This document shows, piece after piece, positions 36,376 to 49,249 of a stretch of DNA of 64,000 nucleotides. The stretch covers positions 117,430,001-117,494,000 of the forward strand of contig CM059431.1 in NCBI GenBank assembly GCA_030390025.1, given 5' to 3'. A program made the translations under genes and the position numbers. The stretch comes from Squalus acanthias. Taxonomy: Eukaryota. The stretch's first letter is position 1. Each line of letters begins with the position of its first letter. The notes under the pieces are model-generated. The model saw only the letters and a list, made by a program, of their open reading frames with translations. It did no database searches and was not told the DNA's origin.

Positions 36376-38670
36376 TTTTTTTTTTCGTTTATGGGATGTG
36401 GGACATCGCTGGCAAGGCCAGTATTTATTGCCCATCCCTAATTGCCCTTGAGAAGGTGGTGATGAGCCACCTTCTTGAACCGCTGCAGTCCGTGTGGTGA
36501 AGGTACTCCCACAGTGCTGTTAGGGAGGGAGTTCCAGGATTTTGACCCAGCGACGATGAATGATCGGCGATATACTTCTAAGTCAGGATGTTGTGTGACT
36601 TGGAGGGGAACTTGGAGGTGGTGATGTTCCCATGCGTCTTCTGCCCTAGTCCTTCTAGGTGGAAGAGGTCGCAGGTTTGGGAGGTGCTACTGAAGAAGCC
36701 TTGGCGAGTTGCTGCAGTGCATCTTGTAGATGGTACACACTGCAGCCACGGTGGAGGGAGTGACTATTTAAGGTGGTAGATGGGGTGCCAATCAAGCGGG
36801 TTGCTTTGTCCTGGATGGTGTCGAGCTCCTTGAGTGTTGTTGGAGCTGCACTCATCCAGGCAAGTGGAGAGTATTCCATCACACTCCTTACTTGTGCCTT
36901 GTAGATGGTAGAAAAGCTTTGGGGAGTCAGGAGGTGAGACATTCGCCGCAGAATACCTAGCCTCTGACCTGCTCTTGTTGCCACAGTATTTATGTGGCTG
37001 GTCCAGTTAAGTTTCTGGTCAATGGTAACCCCCAGGATGTTGATGGTGGGGGATTTGGTGATGGTAATGCCATAGAATGTCAAGGGGTGGTGGTTAGACT
37101 CTCGCTTGTTGGAGATAGTCATTGCCTGACACTTCTGTGGCGCGAATGTTACCTGCCACTTATCAGCCCAAGCCTGAATGTCGTCCAGGTCTTGTTGCAT
37201 GCGGGCATGGAGTGCTTCATTATCAGAGGAGTTGTGAATAGCACTGAACACTGTGCAGTCATCAGCGAACATCCCCATTTCTGAACTTATGTTGGAGGGA
37301 AGGTCATTGATGAAGCAGCTGAAGATGGTTGGGCTTAGGACACTGCCCTGAGGAACTCCTGCAGCGATGTCCTGGGGCTGGGATGATTCACCTCCAATCA
37401 CCACAACAATCTTCCTTTGTGCTAGATATGACTCCAGCCAGTGGAATGTATTCCCCCTGATTCCCATTGACTTCAGTTTTACTCCTTCATGCCACACTTG
37501 GTCAAATGCTGCCTTGATGTCAAGGGCAGTCACTTTCACTTCTCCTCTGGAATTCATCTCCTTTGTCCATGTTTGGACCAAGGCTGCAATGAGTTTGGCA
37601 GCCGAGTGGTCTTGGCAGAATCCAAACTGGGCATCAGTGGGCAGGTTATTGGTGAGTCAGTGCCGCTTGATAGCACTGTCGATGACACCTTCCATCACTT
37701 TGCTGATGATTGAGAGTAGACTGATGGGGTGGTAATTGGCTGGATTGGATTTGTCCTGCTTTTTGTGGACAGGACATACCTGGGCAGTTTTCCACATTGT
37801 CGGATAGATGCCAGAGTTGTAGCTGTACTGGAACAGCTTGGCTAGAGGCACAGCTAAACATAGAAACTAGGAGCAGGAGTAGGCCATTCGGCCCGTCGAG
37901 CCTGCTCCACCATTCAATACGATCATGGCTGATCATCCAAATCCAGTACCCTGTCCCTGCTTTCTCACACAGAATCCCCATCGAGCCTGCACCGACACAT
38001 ATCCCACCCTATCCCAGTAACCGCACGTATTTAATTCCCCCTAACATATCCCTTCCTATCCTATCCCCGTAACCCCACATATTTAATCCCCCCCTAACAC
38101 TAAGGGTCAATTTATCATAGCCAAATCAACCTAACCCGCACATTTTTGGACTGTGGGAGGAAACCGGAGCACCCGGAGGAAACCCACGCAGACACGGGGA
38201 GAATGTGCAAACTCCACACAGACAGTCACCCGAGGCCAGATTCGAACCCGGGTCCCTGGCGCTGTGAGGCACCAGTGCTACCGTCCTAGTTGTGGAGCAC
38301 AAGTCTTCAACACGATAGCGGGGATGTTGTCAGGGCTATAGCATGCTGCTTCCGCTTTTTAGCATGCATGTAGTCCTGTGTTGCAGCTTCCCCAGGTTGG
38401 CACCTCATTTTTAGGTACACCTGGTGCTGCTCCTGGCATGTTCTTCTACACTCCTTATTGAACCAGGGTTGGTCCCCTGGCTTGATGGTAATGGTAGAGT
38501 GAGGGATATGCCAGGCCATGAGGTTACAGATTGTGGTGGAATACAATTCTGCTGCTGCTGATGGCCCACAGCGCCTCATGGATGCCCAGTTTTGAGCTGC
38601 TAGATCTGTTCTGAATCTATCCCATTTAACACGGTGGTAGTGCCACCAACACGCTGGAGGGTGTCCTCCG
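36376..38670 (-). mobile_element. Non-LTR retrotransposon of the CR1/L2 group, distinct family with A-rich tail (clade not resolved)
   Basis: LDIKAAFDQVWH, GVPQGSVLSP, MFADDC, YKAQVRSVMEYS; split by a SINE at 37857-38285. Confidence 0.85.
37857..38285 (-). mobile_element. HE1-like V-SINE
   Basis: Reverse-complement homolog of 40948-41386; CTA duplicated at the junctions. Confidence 0.88.
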
Positions 38671-38831
38671 TGTGCCTCATTGTATGCCAATTGATCCAGT
38701 TTCTGGGGTTCTTGTGTGGAGTCATGAGCCATTTCTATAAGAGTCAACCCTTGTTTCTTAGTAGCCAACCAGAACCCTGGCCTGGGTTGGTGAACTGTCC
38801 TGTAATACCTAATTGTTTTAAAATGAAAGTA

Positions 38832-38962
38832 CAGGTTGAGCGTCCAAAATCCGGAGTTCCGGAATCCGGAATGTTCCGGAATCCGGACCGATTGGTGGCA
38901 GGGTCGTCCGGAATCCGTAAATGTCCGGAATCCGGAACTCCGGATTTTGGACGCTCAACCTG
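38832..38962. mobile_element. 131-bp Tc1/mariner (Tigger-like) MITE, near-palindromic
   Basis: 32-bp perfect TIR CAGGTTGAGCGTCCAAAATCCGGAGTTCCGGA; TA on both sides; repeated TCCGGA. Confidence 0.9.
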
Positions 38963-38964
38963 TA

Positions 38965-39370
38965 CTTCAAAAAGCTATTAACTTTTGTTGTCTTTTTTTG
39001 AAAAATCCTATGAAAAATGCGAGTGATGCAATAAAACTTTAATGTTGTGTTTTATCCTCCTTAATCTGCACAACTCCACTAAGTGCTTCCGCCAGGCTGC
39101 GGCCACGGCACCACGCCGCCCTGGTGGCCTAGTGTGGGCCATCGGATGCTCTGTAGAGCTCGCAGCGTCCCTCCCCTTTAACAGAAGGGGAGAGGCGGAG
39201 AAACTCGGACTCGGAACATGTTTCTGATGTCCGAAGTCCGGAAACGCCCTGAGCCCAGGTTGCGATATTTCCGGACTTCGGACATCAGAAACACGTTCCG
39301 AAGTCCGGAAAAACACGAAAACCGGCTCGGCCTCGGTCCCGAGGTTGCCAGATTCAGGACGCTCAACCTG
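38965..39370. mobile_element. Right portion of a larger element of the same MITE family
   Basis: Ends GGACGCTCAACCTG followed by TA; internal inverted repeat TTTCTGATGTCCGAAGTCCGGAAA / TTTCCGGACTTCGGACATCAGAAA. Confidence 0.7.
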
Positions 39371-40947
39371 TATCACACCAGCTCTCTGAGTGGCAGGTGT
39401 TCACCTCCATGCGGACATCACAGAATCACAGAATCCCCACAGTGGAGATTGGGCCGAAATGGCCTCTTCGAGCCTGCACCGGCACATATCCCACCCTATC
39501 CCCGTAACCCCACGTATTTAATCCCCCTAACACGAAGGGTCAATTTATCATAGCCAAATCAACCTAACCCGCACATCTTTGGACTTGATATCATATACAA
39601 TCTGCACATTCAGCAAGTGTATCCCTTTTCTGTTAATGAAGTTTGTTAGATTCTGCAAGAGTTTATGAAGTAATACATAAATTCCATCAGTGCCCTGATC
39701 TGGGAAATCCTACCATGCTGTAAAACTGAATCGCCCTTTCCAACTGATGCCTGACATCCATTGGAAACAAGATGAACTGACCAGCTCTCTGAAACAGGGC
39801 AACAGTCAACTGTTTAATACAGTGGTGGGCTGCCGATTAACTTATGTGGCATATCTTCCTTGATGTAACCTGAAAATAACGTGACAAAGGAAGAGAATAG
39901 CATTGTTATTTTAACTACCACACTTAATGCTGGGAGTATGTTGGAGGAAGATCCGATAGGAGGCCAGGGAGATATTTTGTGACTTGAAGAAGAACCCCAA
40001 GTTAAGGCAAGAATATTGCCCTTTCTTAGGAAGCTGAAAGATAAATTTGAAATTAAGTTGTCTGACCTGTTAAAGATATGAATGCAAAAATCACAGTACT
40101 TGCTGTGATGAAAATAGAGTACTTTTGTCCATGTTTATGTATCTTCTCTTTTCTTAGCTTTGAAATAGGCAAACATGTGATCCAGAAAAAAAAAAAATGG
40201 GTCTGTTGCTCACCCAGGGCAGGTATCCCAGATCACTTTGCACACAAGATCTGACTTAAATTAATAAAAGCTGCAGGCCTCCCAATGGGAGATGGATTTT
40301 GTGTTGGAAATTATTTTTTAAAAATGAGGAGAAGCCTGAATAACAAGCATACAAAGAAATGAATGAAATTATGCAATGCCAAAGCAGTATGCCTTAATAC
40401 GGGAATAAAGACAAATAGAGTAATTGTGTTGACTTTTTCACTCCCAGCAGAGCTTCATGCAGCAGGAGCACTGAATTTACTCTATAAGGAGTGTCACATT
40501 TTGATTTTTTTTTTTCATCGTGAAAAGGATTTGGGGATTGAGTTATGTTGAAGGATCGTGCTTTAAAATAAAATTGAATTTGCGCAGATTTAAAAAGAAA
40601 GGCCACAGGCATTGAAGAATGTGTATTAAAGCCAAAGTTTGGAGGATGTCACCAGTTCAAAATGATACAATGTGCATCTATTGTCTCATCACAAGTCCGT
40701 TAGCCAGGATAACCAGGGACTTTAAGTAATTCATCTTATCCCAGGTGGCCAACTAATAATCACACCCATTGTGAAGAGGCTGATTCCACTCATATGGGCA
40801 TGGCCTGAGATGTCTGTGGGGGACATACTTCTGGGAGAGGGTTAGTAGATTTGGTTGACAGGCCTGTTTGAAAATCCCTGCAAAGACACCACCTCACTGC
40901 TTCCTGGGGCCAGAACTAATAGGACAGAGGAGAAAATCAATGTTCAA

Positions 40948-41386
40948 CACGGTGGCATAGTGGTTAGCACTGGTGCCTCACAGCGCCAGGGACCCGGGTT
41001 CGAATCCGGCCTCGGGTGACTGTCTGTGTGGAGTTTGCACATTCTCCCCGTGTCTGCGTGGGTTTCCTCCGGGTGCTCCGATTTCCTCCCACAGTCCAAA
41101 AATGTGCGGGTTAGGTTGATTTGGCTATGATAAATTGACCCTTAGTGTTAGGGGGGATTAAATATGTGGGGATAGGATGGGATATGTTAGGGGGAATTAA
41201 ATATGTGGGGTTATGGGGATAGGGTGGGATATGTGTCGGTGCAGGCTCGATGGGGATTCTGTGTGAGAAAGAAGGGACAGGGTACTGGATTTGGATGATC
41301 AGCCATGATCGTATTGAATGGTGGAGCAGGCTCGACGGGCCGAATGGCCTACTCCTGCTCCTAGTTTCTATGATTCTATGATTCTA
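40948..41386 (+). mobile_element. HE1-like V-SINE (tRNA-derived head, V domain, CR1-type tail)
   Basis: A-box TGGCATAGTGG, B-box GGTTCGAATCC, V-domain GTGGAGTTTGCACATTCTCCCCGTGTCTGCGTGGGTTTCCTCCGGGTGCTCC, tail (TTCTATGA)n. Partial copy at ~39420-39585 (-). Confidence 0.9.
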
Positions 41387-41525
41387 AGAGGGAGTCAGGT
41401 TTTGAACAAAGGGACTATGAGACACAGCTCATAGCCTAAAGTAGGAATCTAAAACTGTAGAAGATCAGGCCTTGTGATTAGAAGTTGTCTAGAGAAAAAC
41501 AAGAAAGTCAGTCCACAGATGCTTT

Positions 41526-42387
41526 GGCCGCGATTTTGTCATCGGTGTCGGGTTGGGTGCGGGACAGCTGGTTTCCGGCTTCCAGTCCTGCCCCCAGCTG
41601 CATCCGCTCCACAGACGTGATTTTACCTTGATTGACCTTGCTAAGCCTGCCCTGCGGGCTTGCCGGCCAATTAACAGGAAGCGAGTCTGATGACGTAATT
41701 TGATGATGCGTCCTCTGCCGGTTTCCTTAAAGGGACCACGCACAATTTTATTTTGACAGTTGATTTCTCAGTGTTTGACAGCATTGAGGTGCTGAAAACA
41801 CTGACAATCACTGCACAAATGTAACCTCTTGCATCCAGGCTCTCCAATGACTCCCTCCATATGCTGGAATAGATGACAGCTGCAGGTGAGGTGACAGAAG
41901 CGATCTGTCACTGGTGAGAGAGGTTCTCCCAGTGAAATGGCACTGGACGTATAGTTGGATTTAAAAACTGGTAAGCTAAAGAAATCTGTACATGTTTAAA
42001 AAATGCAGTAACCAACATTTTCTTTGCTCTGAAACTCACCATGTGCACTTCTGCAGCTGTCATCATTCCACAAACATTATAGCAGACTCACAGCACACCA
42101 CACTTATCTGGTGTGGTGTCCGGACGTCACGGAGTCCGACCCAGAAGCAGGAAAATCCAAACAGGCTGAAAACTACTGGCAAGTACCTGCTAATAGGCAG
42201 GTAATTGCCTTTAATCCGCTTCCCACTGCTAGGTGTTGGGTCCATTCTCAAATCGGGGACCCGACACTCGTGAAAGCTGTTTGGAGGTGGGTTGGCGGTG
42301 GGATCAGAATCCGTCATCAATCAAATCGAATTTAACCTCTGACCCGCCTCCAAACCCGCCCTCTGAGCGCCGGCAAAATCGCTGACC
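41526..42387 (+). mobile_element. Shorter non-autonomous member of the 15103-16914 Harbinger family
   Basis: TIRs GGCCGCGATTTTG / CAAAATCGCTGACC; TSD TTT; shared internal blocks. Confidence 0.82.
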
Positions 42388-42516
42388 TTTATTTCACAAA
42401 CAGCAAATAAATATACAGAATGAACATACAAAGTAACAGTCAAAGAAAATTCCATTTACTTAATCTCATTTTTGCTCATTTTTCTTTCCAATTTTATTTC
42501 TCTTTCTAATATGCAG

Positions 42517-42618
42517 GTGACGGACATATATGGGTTAGCTATTCCCTTGCTATTAGGGTGTTTAAAACAGAAAAGAAATGTAAAAAAAGACACAATGCAT
42601 GAGAAGCTTTACAATGAG
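42517..42618 (+). CDS. Candidate host exon, unidentified (VTDIYGLAIPLLLGCLKQKRNVKKDTMHEKLYNE)
   Basis: Long polypyrimidine tract and TGCAG acceptor, 102-nt open phase-0 frame, GAG|GCAAGT GC-type donor, non-repetitive context. No recognisable homology. Confidence 0.25.
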
Positions 42619-44499
42619 GCAAGTTCTCCTATAAAAGATGGTCAGGTTGCTTTTCACAACCTTTCCTTCTCTCTTTTCACCTCTTTCTAGCCTTTTCACT
42701 CTTTGCTTCACCTTTCCTTCCTCTTTTTGTCCCCTTTTCAGCTTTTTTGCCCCTTTTCCACTCTCTCCTTTGCTACTTCATCTCACTCTTCCTCCTTTTG
42801 GCTCTACCTGTCTCTCCTGCTGTCTTGCATATTTCCTGCATTTCCATCCCTCTCTTTCCCTTGTCTGTAGTGAATTGAGCAGAGGCTATGCAACATTGCT
42901 CTCCAAAGAATCCGGGTAACGGGTCACAATAAGAGATGGTAAATCAGCTGCTTTTGTCTGCTAGCGTTCTAGCTTCAGCCTGAAAGTTTGGCTGCTAAAA
43001 AATAACATTTATTTCTGTCAAATTAACATTACAGAATCAATGAGGTCTGGGTCAGGAACGAGGGAACTGGCTACTGAAAAAAGGATTAAATGCCCAAATT
43101 AAAATTGATTTTTGATATACCTTTTTAAACCACGGCTCTTAAACCAAATTGCTTACTAAATAACTGACCACTGCCTGGTTAATCAAAGGATGGTATCTGG
43201 AACAGAGGCAGGAGCATAATTGTTGAATAATGTTACATTCAGGGTCAGAAAGAATAGTTCAGTCACTTTGCAATTGAGCACATATTTAATGCATGAATTG
43301 GTTGGTGAGCCCAGTGTACTTTAAATATTGCCTTTCAGTACCATCATATATTTCTTAAGACTTTGCAAATTGACACTTCCTCCTTTTCTTGGGTTCATCC
43401 TCATCCCTTTCCATATGTTCAACACTTAAAATTTATTGTTGAAATTACAACTGAGCAGTTTTTCTGCCATTGTGGCTTTTAAACTCGAGATTAATTAGCT
43501 CTTAATGACTGGTACTAACTACAGTCTGCAGTCATTAACCTACAAGTAGAAATCCAAACTATCATTAAATAACCATGTTGAATTGAACTGCCAAAAAAGG
43601 GTTATCATCAGTGTGAAGTCTCCTCAAACACTACCAAAAAAATCCAGAGCCTAAATATAAAGGTAAATGGTTCTTGATAGCACTGGAAACCTTCCTGTAT
43701 TACAAAGTATGTACAGTACAGAAACAGGCCATTTGGCCCAATAAGTCCATGCCAGTGATTGTGCTCCACACAAGCCTCCTTCCACCACTCTTCATCTCAC
43801 CCAATCAACTTCTATTCCTTTCTCTCTCAGGTGCTTATCTAGCTTCCCCTTAAATGCATCGATGCTATTCACCTCAACTACTCCCTGTGGTAGTGAGTTC
43901 CACATTCTAACCACTCTCTGGGTAAAGAAGTTACATTGACAGTAACTTCCCTTCTGCTCTCTGATAATGGTCATTGCTTCATTCTGTTCTGATAACATTT
44001 ACATTTGCACCTTCAAGCACACCCAAGCATAGTGTTGCCGAGGGAATGGAGGAGTCTGTCTCAAGCATGAGTGGGTTGATGTCGCAGGGCATTGCGACGA
44101 TGTCTTCTTACGTAGATAGAGTTGGTCAATTTCATGAAACATCAATTGCGACGGCAATATTGGCGATGTGCACCGTAAGTTAGACTGTTGTGCTCCCCAA
44201 TCCTCCAGTGCTCAACGTATACCACAATTTGCTGAAGAAATTATTAGAATATGTTACAGCGAGCATAGCGACGGACCAGCGCGGCGCCGCCAATGTTCTT
44301 GCTCGGTTAGTATTAACAGGTTGGTGCAGGGCTATTGGCACCTCACCATCAATTATTCACATATTCAACAGTGAATACGTTTTCTGCAAGTTTTTTTTAT
44401 ACATGGGGATGAGATTGCCATCCCAGTCTTTTTGGCTTCCTTTATGATAATGTGAAACTAATTTTCACTCAGTGATTACTGACAGACTAGTCAATTTCA

Positions 44500-47400
44500 A
44501 ACAGTGGAGGTGGTCTGCCGCAACTGCAGCATGTGTGAGTTTGTGAAGAGCATTGTGATCCCGGACAACCATGTTTGCAGTAAGTGCCTGCATCTTGAGA
44601 ATTTCAGTGCAGACTTTTTGAGCTGGAGTCTGAGGTGCAGACATTGCAGGGCATCAGGGATGGGGAGAGTTTCCTGGACACATTGATCCAGGAGGCAGTC
44701 ACACCACTTAGGTTAGGTAGTGGTACAGGTCAGGTTAGTGATCAGGGGCAGGAGAGTGTGACTGCAACTCCGGCAGGTAAGGGGACCCCAGGTGCAGTGC
44801 TGGAGGAGCCTCAGCCTTTGCCCTTGTCCAACAGGTATGAGGTTCTTGCTGCCTGTGTGGATGAGGGTAAAGCCTGCAGGATGGATGAGCAAGCTGACCA
44901 TGGCACCATGGTGCAGGAGGCAGGCCATTCAAGTGGGGGGGAGTGAAAGGGGATGTAGTTGTGGTAGGATACAGTATAGTCAGGGGGATAGATACTTTTC
45001 TCTGCAGCCGCAACCGAGAGTTCCGAAGGTTGTGTTGCCTGCCCTGGTGCCAGGGTTAAAGACATCTCCTCGTGGCTGGAGAAGAACTTGGAGTGGGAGG
45101 GGGAGGATACAGTTGTCATGGTCCACGTAGGAACCAACGACATAGGTAGAACTAGGAATGAGGTTCTGCTGAGGGAGTTTGAGGAGCTCGGATCCAAATT
45201 AAAAAGCAGAACCTCAAAGGTAATAATCTCTGGATTGTTACCTGAGCCATGTGCACATTGGCATAGGGACAAACAGATTAGAGGTTTAAATGAGTGGCTC
45301 AAAGAGTGGTGTGGGAGGAAGTGGTTTCAGTTCATGGGGCACTGACACCAGTACTGGGGAAAGAGGTAGCTGTTTCGTTGGGACGGGCTCCACTTAAACC
45401 GGGCTGGGACCAGTGTCCTGGCAAACCAAATAACTAGGGCAGTAGACAGGGCTTTAAAATAATGAAAGGAGGGGTGGGGTGGGAGGATTCAGGAAAGAGT
45501 AAATTTAAAAGCAGCAAGAGAAATGTCAAGGCTCTAGAGCAGAGCAGAGTTTGGGGTAAAAATAAGCAGAGTGGGTCAGGAAGGGACAGAGAGAGTAACA
45601 AAGGTAATAAGGCATCAGTGACTAAGGTGACATCAGGAAAAAATAGAAATAAGTCAAAGCTAAAGGCACTATATCTGAATGCACGAAGCATTCGCAAAAA
45701 AATAGATGAATTAATAACGCAGATAGAAATTAGCAGGTTTGATCTAATAGCCATAATGGAAACATAGTCGCAAAGTGGCCAAGGTTAGGAACTAAATATT
45801 CCAGGATACTTAACTTTTAGAAGAGATAGGCAAGATGGAAAAAGAGGAGGGGTAGCCCTGATAATAAAGGATGGGATAAAGACATTAGAGAGAAAGGATC
45901 TTAGCTCCGAAAATCAAGAAGTAGAATCAGTTTGGGTGGAGCTAAGAAACAGCAAGGGGCAGAAAACATTAGTCGAGTTGTTTATAGACCCCCAAATAGT
46001 AGTTGTAATGTAGGGCAGAGTATAAATCAGAAAATTAGAGGCACATGTAACAAGGGTAATACAGTAATCATGGGGGATTTTAATCTACATATAGACTGGG
46101 CAAATCAAATTTGCAGTAATAGTGTGGAGGATGAATTCATGGAATGTATGCAAGATAGTTTTCTAGATCAGTATGTTGAATAACCAACTAGGGAACAGGC
46201 TGTAGATCTAGTATTGTGCAATGAGAAAGGATTAATTAATAACCTTGTAGTAAAGGGGCCTTTAGGGAAGAGTGGCCATAATATGATAGAATTTTATATT
46301 GAGTTTGAAAGTGATTTAGTTAAATCCGAAACTAGTGTCTTAAATCTAAACAAAGCAAGCTACGTAGGTATGAGGGGCGAGTTGGCTAAGGTAGATTGGA
46401 AAACAACATTAAAAGGTATGATGGTAGACAAGCAATGGCTAGCATTTAAAGAATTAATACATAATTTACAACCAATATACATTAATTTAAGGCACAAAAA
46501 CCCCACAGGAAAAGTTGTCCAACCGTGGCTAACAAGAGAAGTTAAAGATAGTATTAGATCAAAGGAAGAGGCTTAGAATGTTGCCAAAAGAGTAGTAAGC
46601 CTGAGGATTGGGAGGGTTTCAGAATTCAGCAAAGAAGGACCAGAAATTGATAAAGAAAGGGAAAATAGAATGAGAGTAAATGAGCAAGAGACATAAAAAC
46701 AGACTATAAAAGCTTCTATAGGTATATAAAAAGGAAAAGATTAGCGAAAGTAAATATGGGCCGAGACAGGAAAAATTATAATGGGGAATAAGGAAATGGC
46801 TGAGAAATTAAACAAATCCTTTGTGTCTGTCTTCATGGAAGAAGACGCAAAATACTTCCCGGAAATAGTAGAGAACCAAGGCTCTAGTGAGAATGAGGAA
46901 CTGAAAGAAATTAGTATTAGTAAAAAAATAGTATTGGAGCAGTTAATCTGACTGAAAGCCGATAAATCCCCTGGACCTGATAGCCTACCTCCTAGGGTTT
47001 TGAAAGAGGTGGCTATAGAGATAGTGAATACTTTGGGTGTCATTTTCCAAAATTCCATAGATTCTAGAACGGTTCCTGCAGATTGGCAGGTGGCAAATGA
47101 ACCCCACTACAGGAAACTCTCATTTAAACGGCACCTAAATATCTGGAATTCTCTATTAACTGGCAAAATTCATACTCCGAAAACACCTCAATAACCGGAA
47201 ATGTTGCCGAGTCCGAGTCCGAGTCTCCCGCGGTGGCCGAGTTAGTCAGTGGGGGGTAGTTCTCCAAACCGCTACTACTCGGCTTCTTGGCGCTGTCGGA
47301 AGTCCGAACACCTCAATAACAGGAGTCTGACTCTTTGTTTGTTAAAAATAGCCTCAGTAGATAACCCTCTCCGTTATCCGGAATTTTTAATCAACCGGCA

Positions 47401-48870
47401 CCATCCCGGTCCCGTAGGTGCCGGATACCAAAGAGTTTCCTGTATTTAAGAAAGGAGGGAGAGAGAAAACGGGGAACTACACACCAGTTAGCCTGACATC
47501 AGTAGTAGGGAAAACATTAGAATCTATTATTAAGGACATGGTAACAGGGCACTTAGAAAATAATAATAGATTGGGCAGAGTCAACATGGATTTATGAAAG
47601 GGAAATCGTCTTTGACAAATCTGTTAGAGTTTTTTGATGTTGTAACTAGCAGAATAGAAAAGGGGGAACCAGTGGATGTGGTGTATTTGGATTTTCAGAA
47701 GGCATTTAATAAGGTGCCAAGAGGTTATTAAACAAAATTAGGGCTCATGGGATTGGGGGTAATATACTAGCATGGATTGAGGATTGGTTAATGGACAGAA
47801 AACAGAGAGTAAGAATAAACAGGTCATTTTCTGGTTGGCAGGCTATAACTACTGGGGTACCGCAAGGATCAGTGCTTGGGTCTCAGCTATTCATAATCAA
47901 CATCAATGATTTGGATGAGGGGACCAAATGTAATATATCCAAGTTTGTTGATGATACAAAGCTGGGTGGGAATGTAAGTTATGAGGAGGATGCAAAGAGG
48001 CTTCAAGGGGATATAGACAGGCTAAGTGAGTGGGCAAGAACATGGCAAATGGAATATAGTATGGAGAAATATGAAGTTATCCACTTTGGTAGGGAAAATT
48101 GAAAAGCAGAGTATTTTTTAAATGGTAAGAGATTGGGCAATGTTGGTGTTCAGAGGGACCTGGGTCTCCTTGTACACAAATCACTGAAAGTTAACATGCA
48201 GGTACAGCAAACAATTAGGAAAGCAAATGGTATGTTGGCCTTTATTACAAGAGGATTTGAGTATAAGAGTAAAGACATCTTACTACAATTATATAGGGCC
48301 CTGGTGAGACCACACCTGGAGTAATGTGTACAGTTTTGGTCTCCTTACCTAAGGAAGGATATACTTGTCATAGAGGGAGTGCAACAAAGGTTCACCAGAC
48401 TGATTCCTGGGATGGGGGGATTGTCCTATGAGGAGAAATTGAGTAGACTAGGCCTATATTCTCTAGAGTTTCGGAGAAGGAGAGGTGATCTTATTGAAAC
48501 ATACAAAATTCTTACAGGGCTTTACAGGGTAGATGCAGGGCGGATGTTTCCCCTGGCTGGGGAGTCTAGAACCAGGGGTCACAGTCTCAGAATAAGAGGT
48601 TGGCCATTTAGGACTGAGTTGAGGAGAAATTTCTTCACTTAGAGGGTGATGAATCTTTGGAATTCTCTACCCCAGCGGGCTGTGGAGGCTCAGTCGTTGA
48701 GTCTATTCAAAACAGAGATTGATAGATTTTTGAATATTAAGGGAATCAAGGGATATGGGGATAGTGCAGGAAAGTGGAGATGAGGTAAAAGATCAGCCAT
48801 GATCTTATTGAATGGCAGAGCAGGCTCGAAGGGCCAAATCACCTACTCCTGCTCCTATTTCTTATGTTCC
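44500..48870 (+). mobile_element. Near full-length decayed CR1: ORF1 (Cys zinc-finger-like + SGNH esterase), ORF2 (APE + RT), 3' UTR
   Basis: CRNCSMCE...CSKC; VHVGTNDIG...DGLHLN; LYLNARSI; VYRPPNS; GVPQGSVLG; KFVDDTK; many stops and frameshifts. Confidence 0.93.
47110..47442. mobile_element. Tc1/mariner-type MITE inside CR1 ORF2
   Basis: TIRs CAGGAAACTCT / AGAGTTTCCTG; TA TSD; host rejoins as TPLFKKG. Confidence 0.88.
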
Positions 48871-49249
48871 TAAAGGGCTAAAGGCCTTACACAGTGCCTG
48901 TGTCAAGGCAGCAGGTGGCAGGAATATTCCAAGCCCGTGTTCCCGAGGACTCTTTTGCAGTCATTTGCTTGAATATTTTTTAATACTTTTATGACGAACG
49001 ATTGATTTAACCGTCATGTTTGCGTTAGAACTATATTTTTATGGAACTATAAACCAGTTGTCGCTGCAAAGACAGGATTGAGATTAACCTTTAATATAAG
49101 CGGGAATTTTCCTGAGTGGGAAATTTTGTGCATTTTTAATGTTCTAGTTTCTCCCATTGCCTGGCTGGTGTTACTTTTCCATACAATCCATAAAGAATTA
49201 ACTTATACCATGATCCAACTGAAACCAATCAGGACAATCAGCTCTCTGC

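Larger units (their letters stand above)
33780..40080. pseudogene. Fragmented fossil autonomous Harbinger: Myb/SANT gene (+, from ~33790) and transposase (-, ~40080 to ~36230)
   Basis: + KQFHDLNRSDK followed by GTAAG donor. - strand in order: CIKQLTVALFQRAGQFILFP, FINRKGIHLLNVQIVYD (~39590-39645), GWLLRNKG*LL*KWLMTP and AYNEAH (~38670-38775), VVDQTIGILKV*FRC and IIVVC (~36250-36370). Termini not located. Confidence 0.75.

Noticed and set aside
40948..41020. tRNA genes at SINE heads (also 14145-14215)
   Set aside because: They run directly into SINE core and LINE-derived tails.
42650..42865. Hydrophobic 93-aa ORF 42638-42919
   Set aside because: Artefact of a CT-rich low-complexity tract.
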